Shown piece by piece: positions 50,074 to 63,347 of a stretch of DNA of 64,000 nucleotides. This DNA comes from Haplodiscus bocki (lineage: Eukaryota). The notes below the pieces were generated by a model. It ran no database searches, had not been told where the DNA came from, and saw nothing but the letters and a program-made list of their open reading frames with translations. Numbering within the stretch: position 1 is the first letter of the stretch; each line of letters begins with the position of its first letter. The stretch covers positions 34,534,001-34,598,000 of the forward strand of contig OZ296658.1 of NCBI GenBank assembly GCA_965655095.1, read 5' to 3'. Both the position numbers and the translations under genes were made by a program.

Positions 50074-50255
50074 TTTTGGCCAGCTTATGATATTCATGTA
50101 TGTCATACATACTCTTGTGTGGATCGCTCATGACATTCATGCAACCATACATCAGCATATATGACTTAGTATGTATTTATTATTTTACTGTAGTCTTCTG
50201 AAATATTTCAAAATAATTTATTATTTGACAGCCACAAGCTTATTATCTTTTTATA

Positions 50256-50335
50256 ATGGAGTTACTTTAGCAGCATTCTAGTCAAAAACTATGACATCAT
50301 AGTTTTTGAATAGAATGTTGCTAAAGTAACTCCAT
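50256..50335. repeat. 80-bp near-perfect palindrome
   Basis: 39-bp arms ATGGAGTTACTTTAGCAGCATTCTAGTCAAAAACTATGA / TCATAGTTTTTGAATAGAATGTTGCTAAAGTAACTCCAT with 2 mismatches and a 2-nt loop. Confidence 0.95.
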
Positions 50336-53300
50336 GAAATCGAAAAATCGAATTGCTTTGAGTGATCGTAAGAAGACATCATATTTTCCCGGTGTTGGCA
50401 AAACTGTGGTATATATGCTAAATATAGTTAAAATGATGTTCCGAAGACGGTGTTTATTTTTAAATAGTAAAGTCTGCTAAACTGAAAACATAATATGAGA
50501 GCCTGAAATTTATAAAATGAAATTTGCTAACCTAATTTGTAGATAAAACTTTGAGGCTTCAAATTTGCCCACGTCCTTCTGACATCAGATAGCGTTGAGA
50601 GATGGCTTCAAAGCTATTTGCGAAAATTTGAAATAAATATGGGATTTATCAGTGTCAGCGGTATCAAAACTTCGGAGCCTTAAAAAGCAGTTTGGTGCTT
50701 GAAAAAAAACTAGTAGTGCTTTTGCGTTGGAAAATGGTGACGGAGACGAAAGCACTTGGAAAATACAGCACGCTTAATAACAACTGAGTAAAAATTTTAA
50801 AAAATGTGCAGACTATTGTGTTGCAGCATGCTATGTGTTATAACGCTGAATTTTCAAGACACAGCATCGTAAAAAGCAGCAGACATTTTCCTGCATGCGT
50901 GTCGATATGTCTTGTTCAGCGGAGAAATACTACCGCTGCAGAACACCCGTGAAAGCGAAATGATGGTGAATGTGAAGTACATGCATGCATTATTTCTTCC
51001 TATTCGATTCGCCTTCTGTCCTTCTGGATCTTTTCTATCAACCCCCCTTCCACCGCTAGTAAAAGGCGCATTTAACTCCCCCTCGCCACACGCGGAAGCG
51101 AGCTCTTCTCGGATTGGCTAAAAATCAATCCCACACGAAAGAAGTCAAAATAAAATTACACTTCAGTAATAATTTGGTAAAAGATGACCAAAGAAAACTC
51201 ATTATTTTGATTAAAATTTCAATCTATCAACCAGAAAAGAATCAACCAGTTCGTCTGTGAAAGATGCGTGTACTTTAATTTTGGCTGTGAATGAAGGATA
51301 AAATTAGAAGCAGATTGTCGGTTTAATAAGTAAATTTTCTTCATTTTGTTGAGGTGACCTGAAAATTTTTTGCTAATTGACCAATCCAAAAATTTCAACT
51401 ACGATGCCGAACGCTGATATAAAGCAATGTGAGATAAAAACTCGGCGTCATAAAAGAAGTTCCACTGTGTGCCACTGTCCATATAGTCCGTGTCCATAAA
51501 CGGCGACTATCGTATCGTTCTTGGTAAAATGAAACTGTAAAAAATGGAAGTATTACAGGGATCCATTCAAGGTTACGATAACTGTGCAGCCAGTCATGTT
51601 TATCCAACCAAAGCCGGTCATGTAAAAGTTCAACGAAGGCAGTATTTCACGCGTTGACAGGAAATATGGACACACAAACTTTCAGATTTCAAATTGAAGA
51701 CGAAATTTGTTTTTTTTTTTTTTGGGGGGGGGGGGGGGTCAGATTGAAACAAAAGATTTTTGATCAGTGAAAATTGACTCTTTCAGAAATCTTAAACAGA
51801 ATATAAGCCGCTGCTCTTCGTGTTAAATGCTTTGAACTTTTCGGTTCTGTATGGTTTGCAAACTCCACGAAGAACTTTAGGAAATGTTTTATGAAACAAT
51901 CTAATTGGAGAGTTTAATCAGTTCGAAAGAAAGCAGGAGTGGACTTGTAACGAGTGGAGGGTTGATTAGGAATGTCAATAACCACGAAAAGTTGCAATAA
52001 TCATATTTATCGTTTGCAGGCACTTTTCTCGACGGGAATATTTTGGAGAAGTCTCGGTGTTCGAAACCTTCGAGTCTCGCCTTGTCAGAGCGACGTGATA
52101 GAACTTTATGTTCTCTTTTTCAACTCAATGTGACATGTGTTGTCCAAATTTTGTAATCATCAGTTGTTAATCCACATCTCCTAAAATAGTCAAGCAAGAA
52201 TCTCTGGTAATAATTTGAAAACTTAGTCATAGTCGATTTATTTTTTTTTGCTGTTGATTAAACGCAACTTTTACAAACAACATCACCTGGACCGACCTTT
52301 CCTCATTCTTGCTTCCGATTTCTGAAATGTGAACTAAAGTCATTTATATAACTTACTTCCAACCACATTTCAAAAGTCGGAAGGAAACAAAATCATTTTT
52401 CTGTTCAAACCGTGGTCAAATTGAAAGGCTTACTCAAATTAGCATTTAGTGGTAATTTTGCAAGGGTCCTAATTTGACTGACCAAAAACTTGTCAGGTAG
52501 CATTCTATAGTTGACTCGGTTGTCTTTTTACCTCGAGTACAATGTTGTAACCCATACAGGTCAAGTTGAGTCCCAATGAATCAGAGTGAAATAATGTTTT
52601 CTCGGTCCACTTTTGGTGAGTTGGCTTCACCGAATTTTATGATTGATAGAAAATTCGGGCTAGTTAGTTGAGCCACTTAGTTCGTTGCCACTAGCGATGG
52701 GGAGCTTTCTTTGTTCTCACAAAGATTTTCAGTCAGTTCATTTAAAATATTAAATACTTGAATATCACGGGCCGTCAGGGCGTCGAGTATCTGTTGTTTT
52801 CTTTTCTAACTTTTTTTCGGAGAAATCGTCGAAGTATCTGCCTGAAAGTATTTGATTTTGGCCCGTTCTGGGTCCTCTAAAGTGAGGAACTCTCCATTGC
52901 TTTAGTCCATCTCAAGATTCGCTTTCTTCTTTTTCGTTGCTCTATCAACCAATAAATAACAAATAAAAGTTTTCAATTTAACACAAAAACTCAGGATTTA
53001 ACTATTTGACGACGACGGGACTAAAAAATTTGATAAATTTATCAGTTTTTTCTTTCAATATCAACGTGACAAATTTAATTCAAAATCTAATTTGAATTTA
53101 AATTTTCATTAGCCAATCAAATTAGTTTGACTTCTGGTCCAAATGAACATAAGTCCTGTCTTGGTGGAAGTTTGATTTTTGAGTGAGCCTATTGGTTTCC
53201 CGCTACGTATACTATATATAACAAACAATGAAAGTGTTCTGGCCAAGTATTTGCCTTCAAAACAACGGACCGACAAAGGAGAGAAGTTTTTATCTGACAA

Positions 53301-54389
53301 ACGAGCTTGAAAACTTGATTGCAAAGATTGTTCTCGGATTTTCCAAATTCTTTCCAAGATCTCGGTAAAATATCTTGCCAAGAAGCATTAATTTTTTCTC
53401 AAATTTTTCCACTGTGCTAAAAAGTGAAATAGAAGTGTCATCGATTTGTTGCAAAGACAAAAAAGATAAAGCTCGAATTTCTGGGCAAGCGGAACAAGAG
53501 TTTTATCACAAACTAATTTTTTTTCCAATCTGCTGGTTGACATAATATGAAGAAAGCAATACCTAGTTAAGTATTACACCACAAAGAGGCAATCAAAGAA
53601 ACAAATCATGCCACATAAAATTCGACTTAATGTTTATGAATTGGCGATGCTAGTATTACAAATCAAGTAGTACTTGAGTACAATTGTACCCTTGAACAAA
53701 TCCTGTCAACCAGTTCTCGGCAAAAATCTAAAAGTTCGTTGAATCACGTTATTTTTTTTCAGATGTTCATTCTGAAGGTAAAGATTGATGCACACACAAA
53801 GCAGTGAACATAATAACTTATAACAGCAATAAGAGTGTCTATAGATATATTCAAGTATGATTCTGTTCCTCGAGCCAAGATCTTGGAATAGAGTACTTGT
53901 CTTGACAAGAAAGACAATGAAAATATTGGATTTCTAGGCCAGATGTCTTGTCAAGGCCCTCAAGTATTGGGGAATGTTAGTTGAAGACGGCCGGCTAGCT
54001 CCGACATATTTTTCGCCTAATTATAAAATTTTTGATCAACGTCTGCAAATCATTTAAAAACTGAGAACAGTGTCTCCAATATAGTTTTCCAAGGTTCTCT
54101 ACAAATATCAATTCCACCATTGATTTCTGCAATTCTTGACAATAACGTGTTTTTAGGGCTCCGAAGCAAAATACGGAGCCAACAGTAATTTTTTCTATCA
54201 CTTTCTGAAAATATGAAACTTCCATGTGAGGTCTTGAAAGTGGAAATCCAGCCGGTACTTTTAGAGAAAATGAGTTTGACTATAAAGAAAACCCACAACA
54301 AGTTGTCCTTTTGCCACTTTCAGACCATGAGAGTACAAATGCTGCGAAAGTATTTCGGAAAATGTTTATCGAGTAACTTTACACACAAA

Positions 54390-56190
54390 TGAAGCTGTCT
54401 ACTGATATCTTGATGGAAGAAGTCGAGTCGGTAGTTTTGGAGACAGATGAGTGGGAACCTCTGGAAGAACTACATGCAACTGCAAGTTTTGCAATTCTCC
54501 GCCAATCAAGTTTCCGCGGAGGACAGAAAACATATGGTTTCAAATTTCAAGCCTGTTCAAAAAGTAAATCTTGTTTGAAGAAATGCAGCGGCTAGATTTG
54601 GAAAAAAAATAGTTTTATTTTGAAAAAAGTATCACACATTTACATAGTTTTTGTCAATTTAGGTCTATGAAAATTTCAAAAAGGATAGAAGGATAAGGAA
54701 TAGAAGTGGATATTGAATCAGCTCGTACAAAAGCATCTTTGTTGATTGAACCCTTGGCGGAGGAAGTTTTGAGAGTTACTTTGAGCAAAACCTAGTTTGA
54801 TTACCAAAGCGAATCATAGCATAGTTTAAATTTCGGCTAAATTGACCCAAAAGATTTCCGTTGCAAAGAACGAAATGCATTGTTTAAACACGAGGTCTCT
54901 TCTTACGAGTATAAATATTTCCATTGATACCCTGACAGATGAATTGCAGACTGTAGTTTTGGAGAACAAAAATTTTGATTCCGAGGAAAAATCAAAAACT
55001 TGGGAATTTTCTGGCTATTTCGGCTGGCAAAGTTTCCAATGTAAGAAACATTTCTAAGTACAATATAATAAAACTGATCCTCTACAGTTAAAAATGTTCA
55101 AAAAGAACTTGGTGTTAGAAATTCAGCCTATTGTTGGAAAAGAATCGAATTTGATCATCACGACAAATTGTACGAACATGCAGTTTTTGGCATATTCTGC
55201 CTATCGAGTTTGTGTAGCAGGGAACTAAATGCCACTTTGATTTTCTGTATGCTCTTACAAATACTTAAAAAGCCCACTGACACCTTGTTGATTGAAATGC
55301 AGCCACTGGTTTTGCAGAAAAGCAGGTTTGTTTTTCAGAAGAAAGTGGACGAATTCCACATTTTGGCTATATCGTACAATAACGGTCGGAATGCAAGGTT
55401 CCTTTTGCAGGAGCGACATCATTGAGCTATATTCGATAGATAGGAAATGGTTGATTGAGACAATGTTAGACGAAATTCGGAAGTCTGACTCGAAAGTAAA
55501 TGAATCTACTTATCAAACGAGTGTCACAATTATGGAATTGTTGACCTTTTCCGCGTAACAGGTTTCCGTGATGTCATGGAATAGCACTTTAAAAAAAGAA
55601 AAACTTCTACAAAGACAATGATTGATGAAGTGTAGCCGGTATTTTTGCAGAAATTCAATTTTTATTTTCGAGCAAAATCTTTATTTGTTGAATAAATCCA
55701 TCTTGAAAAGTTCCAATGAAAGAGCTGGCATGGAAGGCATTATTCTGATGGGATGTCCTCCAAATACAGGACTGTTGATTGAGACGTTGACAGAAGGGCT
55801 ATTGCTGGTAGTTTTGAAGAAAAATTGATCTGGTTGTCAAATCTTGATCATACGTTAAATGAGTTCTCACTAAATTCGGTCAATGGAATTTCTATTAGAA
55901 AGTTCAAATCGCCGAAGTTTTTTTTAGTGAAAACCGTTTCACATGGTGATAGTAATGAACTGAGACAACCATAGATGAAGATCAGAGCGTGGTTTTGAAG
56001 AAAATTTGCTTTCAATTTCGAATCAGAGAATTACCTGTCCAATAATTTTAAGCACAATTGACCTCTGTTTTAAATGTCAGGTTTTTAGATAGAAGTAATT
56101 CGATAGAAAAGGAGAAATTAAAAGTAAAATTGTTGCTTTTGGCTTTTAGAGAAGAATCCTGTCGGTCGTTTTGGAAGAAACTGACTTTGA
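54390..56190 (+). repeat. Highly diverged tandem repeat, period ~170-180 bp (~11 units)
   Basis: Recurring TTGATTGA...GA(A/T)GAA...GTTTTG(G/C/A)AGAA motif near 54400, 54740, 54920, 55286, 55449, 55618, 55773, 55962 and 56150. Confidence 0.45.
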
Positions 56191-58490
56191 TTAGCAAGAA
56201 AAATTTTGAAAAATTGTTTTTTCTAGGCCTGGTCTAACTCTAGGGACTTTGCAAGTTACATACCAACGTATATTGGCGAAAATGTTAACGAGTTTTTTTG
56301 ATGTGCGAGGCCCAGATTGGAAAACCATTTAAAAGTTTTCGAGGGGTGTTTTCTGTAAAACCAATTCAAGTTTTTAATCAGGAACTCATCATACAAAACG
56401 AAAATACATGTTTCCGCAGAGTCGGAAATTATTGAAAGGTCCATTTTTTGTTGCTCCAAAAAATTGGAATTATTTCATTTTTTTTATTTTAGTAGAAAAT
56501 TGAAATTTTTTTTTAAAAAAAAGAAGGACCCTAAGTTATATTGAAAAAGAACTGTATTGTGGGATGAAAAGAAGTAAAAATTTCTAAGAGTTTTAGGAAA
56601 CACAAAACCAGCTGGCAGAAAATTTAGACCAATGTAGCATGGGGCTAAAATAGGACAAAAACACCAAATAAAAGTGTTTTACATGAAGCTAATAACTCTA
56701 CAACACAAAATTTTTGACTTTCGAAAAATCTACGACTAGAAGGAGCTGGACAAATGAATTCGATACTTTCCCTTTGGAAATTTTATGGACGGAAACTAAA
56801 ACAAGTTGAAAGAAGTTACTGTCGGAGTTTCTCTTCTTTCTGGCCCCAAAAATTTGGTAAACCATAGGATGGTAAACGTCGGTATCTTTGTCTCTCTCAG
56901 TATCACAGTACCGAAAAGTTAGTAGGGGGCCCTTTTTGTTGTTCCGAAAAACTCGGGGCTTTTGAAAGTCTCTGGCGCTGCCCAGTTATCAGTTTCAAAA
57001 ATTTTGGTGTACCATAGAGAGGAGTGTTACGAAACAGTATATCGAAAATTTTTTTGTCTCCGAGAAAAGTTCCGTAAAGCGTCCCTGTTGGCGATTCTGA
57101 AATTTTTTCGTATCAAAAAATTGTACGTAACGGTGCTTTCGCAAATTTTGTTCAAAGTTTTTTTCATGCCATAGTAGCAAAAATGTATTAGGGGAAGTCT
57201 CCTGTGTTTCTGGAGTTTTCTGGTTTCGAGAATTTTTTGGCAAAAGAGAGGTTATTACGATTTTCCATCGATTTTTTTTTGTCTCACAGTATCGAAGAAA
57301 ACTTCGTAAAAAGGATATTTCTGTGTCTTCGACTACTTGCCTGTGCTTGGGAAAAACTGCATTTGCATTCTTTAAATTTATTTGCCGGGGAAACAACAAG
57401 GGTAATATGTAGAAAATTTGTGATCTTGAAAAGAATAATGATACAAAAAAAGCAAAGTCCCAACAAATGTCATCTTTTCAATTCATACAGCACCACCCAA
57501 AAATCAGCGGCAAATGGTATTTTTGATAGTATTAGAAAATGACGGTCTTTGAAATTCAAAATCGCAATGAAAGTAAAATTTTTTTTATGTCAATTCGAGT
57601 ATTTTAACTCCTTCTTGGTGCTTCAGAACCCTGTTGTCCTACCCGCTGCTCCATGGGAACCATCGGATTTTCTGAAAAATATCAGTGAAAAATTAAAAGT
57701 TCACGGCGCGATAGAGATTCGAACCCTGACTTATTGGTTCAGAAATTTTTGTCCTCACCTCATTGCCAAAACAATTTTCTGACAAAAGGAGTTTGCAAAA
57801 TTACACTGAGAAAAAAACCCGACTGAATGAGTGATTTTTCTTACATTTAACAATGTAGGTGGCGAAGATTTGAAAAAATGAAGTAATGAAGTTTATCAAT
57901 CGTCCTATGCAAACCCTAGTCTATGTTTGTTTTCAAATTTCGTCATTTCGATACTGTTATTACTGCTATAACCCTAGTGAACGTTGCATGAAGTTTTGTA
58001 TAATGCAATTATATATGCAGTCAAATAATAAACAGAAAATAGAAATTTCAGATATTAAACATATATGGAAACCAAAAAATTTCACTGCAGGAGAAAGGCA
58101 TGTTCAAGTTGCCGTGATTTGAATAGAACAACATATTAACTTGTTTGTCCTTTCATTCCAGCTTTGCTACTTCATGCTATCTATTATTGCTTATGACACC
58201 GTTCACTCATTATTCTTTACTTTATTTTTTGTTCATGAATCATACTGACTAGAATAATATCAACTCAGCTTTAAGTACTTCAATTGAAAAGCGCTGTAAA
58301 ATTGGATATAAATAAAGTAGGATTTAGCAGATAATACCAGTAACCCTCGCTATCGCTCGTGCCACTGATATTACCCGACAATATCAACGCCCGCTCTTTC
58401 GCTTTGCTCACTCACCTGCTAGTGCCCTACGCTCATATCACCTCTCGCGTTTATTATTGGTTGCGCCACTTACTCAACAGCAAGCTGACT

Positions 58491-60430
58491 CATGGTGATA
58501 TTCAGAATCTGTAATCTCCAAGTCAATAGCTTTTCAATCATGTATCATATGTCGGTTTATCCAAAATTTTTATAGTCTCTACATGTTTAAGTGTATGAGG
58601 ATTGAGATGGTATAAATTCACATGAGGATGTCGGACCATGGTGATATTCAGAATCTATAATCTCCAAGTCAAGAACTTTCCAATGACGTATCATATGTTG
58701 GTTTATCTGAAACTTTTATAGTCTCTACATGTTTAAGGGTTTAAGGCTTGAGATGGTATAATTTCACATGAGGAGGTCGGATCATGGTGATACTCAGATT
58801 CTGTGAATTCCAAGTCAAGAGCTTCCCAATGATGTATCATATGTTGGTTTATCTGAAGTTTTTAAGATCTCTGCATTTTAAAGGGCTGGAGGTTTGAGAT
58901 GATACAAATTCACATGAGAATGTCGCAACATGGTGATAATCAGCATCTGTGATATCCAGGTCAAGCGCTTTCCAATGATGTATCATATGTTGGTTAATCT
59001 AAAACTTTTGTAATCTTTACATGTTTAAGGTTTTGAGGTTTGAGAAGGTATAATTTCACATGAGCATGTCGGATCATGGTGATATTCAGAATCTGTAATC
59101 TCCAAGTCAAGAGTTTCCAATGACGTATCATATGTTGGTTTATCTGAAGCTTTTATGTTCTCTGCATGTTAAAGGGTTTGAGGTTTGAGATGATAAAATT
59201 TCACATGAGGATGTCGCATCATTGTGATAATCAGAATCTGTGATCTCCATGTCAAGCGCTTTCCAATGATGAATCGAATGTTGGTTATTCTAAAACTTTT
59301 ATGATCTTCACATGTTTGAGGGTTTGAGGTTTGAGATGGTATAATTTCACATGAGGATGTCGGATCATGATGATATTCAGAATCTGTAATCTCCAAGTCA
59401 AGAGCTTTCCAATGACGTATCATATGTTGGTTTATCTGAAGTTTTTAAGATCTCTGCATGTTAAAGGGCTGGAGGTTTGAGATGATACAAATTCACATGA
59501 GAATGTCGCAACATGGTGATAATCAGCATCTGTGATCTCCAGGTCAAGCGCTTTCCAATGATGTATCATATGTTGGTTAATCTAAAACTTTTGTAATCTT
59601 TACATGTTTAAGGTTTTGAGGTTTGAGAAGGTATAATTTCACATGAGCATGTCGGATCATGATGATATTCAGAATCTGTAATCTCCAAGTCAAGAGCTTT
59701 CCAATGACGTATCATTTGTTGGTTTATCTGAAACTTTTAGAGTCTCTACTTGTTTAAGGGTTTGAGGCTTGAGATGGTATAATTTCAAACGAGGATGTCG
59801 GATCATGGTGACAAACAGAATCTGTGATCTCCAGGTCAAGCGCTTTCCAATGGTGTATCATATGTTGGTTATTCTAAAACATTTATATTTTTTACATGTT
59901 TACGGTTTTGAGGTTTGAGGTGGTAGAAATTCACATGAGGAGGTCGGATCATGGTGATATTCAGAATCTGTAGTCTCCAAGTCAAGAGCTTTCCAATGAC
60001 GTATCATATGCTGGTTTATCTGAAACTTTTATAGTCTCTACATGTTTAAGGGTTTGAGGCTTGAGATGGTATAATTTCTCATAAGGATGTCGGATCATGG
60101 TGATATTCAGATTCTGTGATTTCCAAGTCAAGATCTTCCCAATGATATCTCATATGTTGGTTGATCTGAAGGTTTTATTATCTCTGCATGTTTAAGGTTT
60201 GAGGTTTGAGATGGTATAATTTAACATGAGGATGTCGGATCATGGTGATATTCAGATTCTGTGATATCCAAGTCAAGAACTTCCCAATGATGTGTCATAT
60301 GTTGGTTTATCTGAAGCTTTTATGATCTCTGCATGTTTAAGGATTTTAGGTTTGAGATAGTATAACTTCTCATGAGGATGTCGTATCGAGGTGATATTGA
60401 AAATCTGTGATCTCCAAGTCAAGAGCTTTC
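58491..60430 (+). repeat. 146-bp tandem satellite, ~13.3 copies
   Basis: Unit CATGGTGATATTCAGAATCTG...CAAGAGCTTTCCAATGA...GAGGATGTCGGAT; starts at 58491, 58637, 58783, 58929, 59075 ... 60241 and ~60387. Confidence 0.97.
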
Positions 60431-61236
60431 TGAAAATTACACTGGAATTTCTGCTGAAAATTACACGGAAACTTACACTAGATTGTACACTGCAGTGTAA
60501 AAAATTGTGTAAATTACACTGACAGTGGCGTTTTAAGTGTATTTTTTTTCGGCATGTGTATAGTTTTTAGACTTGAAGAATATACTTTCTTGATAGTAGA
60601 GGTATCAAATCATGTGAAAGTATGGATTATCCCAAGGTTTACTTTTATTATAAATTTCATAACATCGTTTAACATCAAATTGAGATAGTGTAGATTTTTT
60701 CATGAGTTGAAGGTATACTTTCAATTCAAAGTTTTATGTTAAATTATAAAACTTCTTTTTATTAGATAGAATTCTATCAAAATATCTTACATACCTGTCT
60801 CCTCGTAGAATGTTTTTTTAGATTTGTCATTATTTCAAACATGTCTGGTCTTTTCTAATTTTTGTTCTACTTTTACAACCATTTAATAAAATTATTTTAT
60901 CACATTGTCATCATCCCTTACTTTATCAACAACCTGCCTAACAAATCTTTGAAGTCCAATCATATATAGAATTTTTTCTCTCACGTCATGCAAATTATCT
61001 ATTATGTTTTCAAAACCATTATCGTTTATTTTTAAAATCATATCATCTACAATGGATAATGATACTTGTTTTCTACTAGGAGGCCTTGTTTCATGAAAAC
61101 TATTATTTATACACTTACGCACTTGGTTCAATTTTACAACAATACCTATGTTTTTGCAGTCATAGAAAACAACAGCATTACAAAAATCAGAGACATCTTT
61201 TATAGTCTCCCTTTATAGTATATAAAACAATAAATT

Positions 61237-61782
61237 TCATTTTGAATAAATTTTATGTATTCGCATTTTTTTCAAAGAGACTTTTCCACAATTTAAAATA
61301 TGATAAACACATGGATCAACAAACGCTTCATTTGTTATCAATAATTTATCATAATCAATCCTATTTCTTTTAGAAAACTTAAAATATGGAGTCAAAAAAT
61401 AGAAGTTTTACTGTCCTTTAGCTATACTATAAGGGGTTAGGTTATTGCCCATATTTGAGATATATTTATAAAAATTAGCAATAGTTAGAAAAGAACATAC
61501 CATATCACCACCAATATATACATATCTCTGTATGTTACTTTCTTCACTTATTTCAAGTAAATTAGTATTTCCATCAGATACTGATTTATCCAAAGCTCCT
61601 GACATTATCGTCATTGCAAGTACTTCAGTTTTACTTGAAAATTTTCTCAAAGGTTTCACACACAATATATTATTTTCATCATTTGGAATATCTCAAACTT
61701 TTTGTACTTTAACACATCCAATATTTTGAAAAATTACTCCATGAAGTTTAGTACTATAAGCTGCTAAATATATTACAGTCAT
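61237..61782 (-). pseudogene. Hypothetical protein resembling an uncharacterised large-DNA-virus family
   Basis: DGNTNLLEI..RYVYIGGDMVCSF..YISNMGNNLTPYSIAKGQ*NFYFL. One internal stop at 61408 and an upstream frameshift. Similarity recalled from memory, not searched. Confidence 0.45.
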
Positions 61783-63347
61783 TTATATTGAAAAAAATAC
61801 TTTCTAAATGTTTTATTCTACTAACTTTCATTTTTATTTCTATATCTATGTCCACTATTATAGTACTCAATAAATTTATTATTTCTTTAAGAATAACATT
61901 TTGAATCAGTGTAACATCTCCTGTTTTTTATTGATAACTATAAGGTATTGTAATATAAATATCTAACATATCTTTTTTTTCTTGAAACTTTTGGATCTCT
62001 TTTTATTACATTTATAAAATCCTCTTTTTACTAAATGGTATTGTTTAATTACACCTATTCATATACGAATAAAAAGATAAATAATATTATACTCAAAAGA
62101 AGAATTTAATTTTATTTGTAATTGTAACTGATCAATATAGTATACTTACACCTATTCATATACGAGTGATAATATAACTTTTCGTATACTTGTACAAATA
62201 CGAATAATAATTGTTATTGTATAATAAATGAGTGATTGTTTTACTTGTAAGTTGTGCGATAAATCAACTAAATCTAAAAAGGAACGTCTCAATATCATCA
62301 AGTTTCAACTAAGAATATAATTTGTAGATAATATATTACAAAATCAAATTTTCTTGACGAAGAAGATATAATAAAAAAAATGTTTATGATTACAATAAAA
62401 AAACTGGATTTTATTTAAGTATATGTAAAGTTGAATTGTTATTTAATGAGCTAACTTATGATTTTAAACTTAGTAGAATGTATAATTTACAGCCTTATTA
62501 TTATCTAAGGAAGAATTTATTGTCTAAAATTGAACCTTTCGCAATATAAGGTCATAAATTTTCTCATATATCTAAAATGATTTTAACTTTCATAACTAAC
62601 ATTCACAATGTAACATATGAAGAATATCTCAAACTACCAAAATCAAAGCTGGAATGGAGATTAACTGAAAAATTAGCTGGAAATCCTAAACTTTTAAAAG
62701 CATTTGATAGAACTCTTTCACATCCACAAATTCCACACTATTCTAACGTAGATACACTAGAAAATCAAGATCAAAATATGATTTAGTAATAGGTAAAGAA
62801 TAAAAACATTTTTTTAATAATTTTAACCAAGGAGAAAAACGAGATCTTATATAATTCAATTGAAATAATCTTAATAAAATAAAAGGATACTGATAAAAAT
62901 AATTATGAAGTTATATACTGTCCTGAAGATGATGAATATAGAGTATAATGTGATAATTGTGAAAATCCTTAGATAGAACGATTTTATAAAAATCTTTTGA
63001 AATCACAATTTCATAATAATAGGATTCTTAAAAGACAACAATTGATCAAATTCAATTGTTTTCCATAAAGTAAATGTATGTGACGAATGTTACTGATGAT
63101 TATAATAATATCACACTCAATAATTATACAGGTGTATTAAATGATTATAATAAAAAATCACACTCAATATTTTTACAGATATATTAAACGTTTATAATAA
63201 TATCACAATATCTAGTTGTACACACTCTGAGATTAATATTGATATAATTGTATCAACATTACCTTTAACAATACCATGTGGTCTATCATTTTTGTGTTTA
63301 TTATCCCTTATGGTATATACTTTATTCAAGCCTTTATTCAATAATAA

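Noticed and set aside
51395-51660. Possible host exon (FYMTGFG, tubulin- or protease-like)
   Set aside because: The similarity is limited to a few residues and the frame closes quickly.
57700-57745. tRNA gene (B-box GGTTCGAATC on the minus strand)
   Set aside because: No cloverleaf or A-box could be built; at most a SINE-like remnant inside a degenerate repeat.
58491-60430. CRISPR array or coding repeat (ORF 59169-59423)
   Set aside because: The whole 146-bp unit repeats, and the period is not a multiple of 3; it is a satellite.
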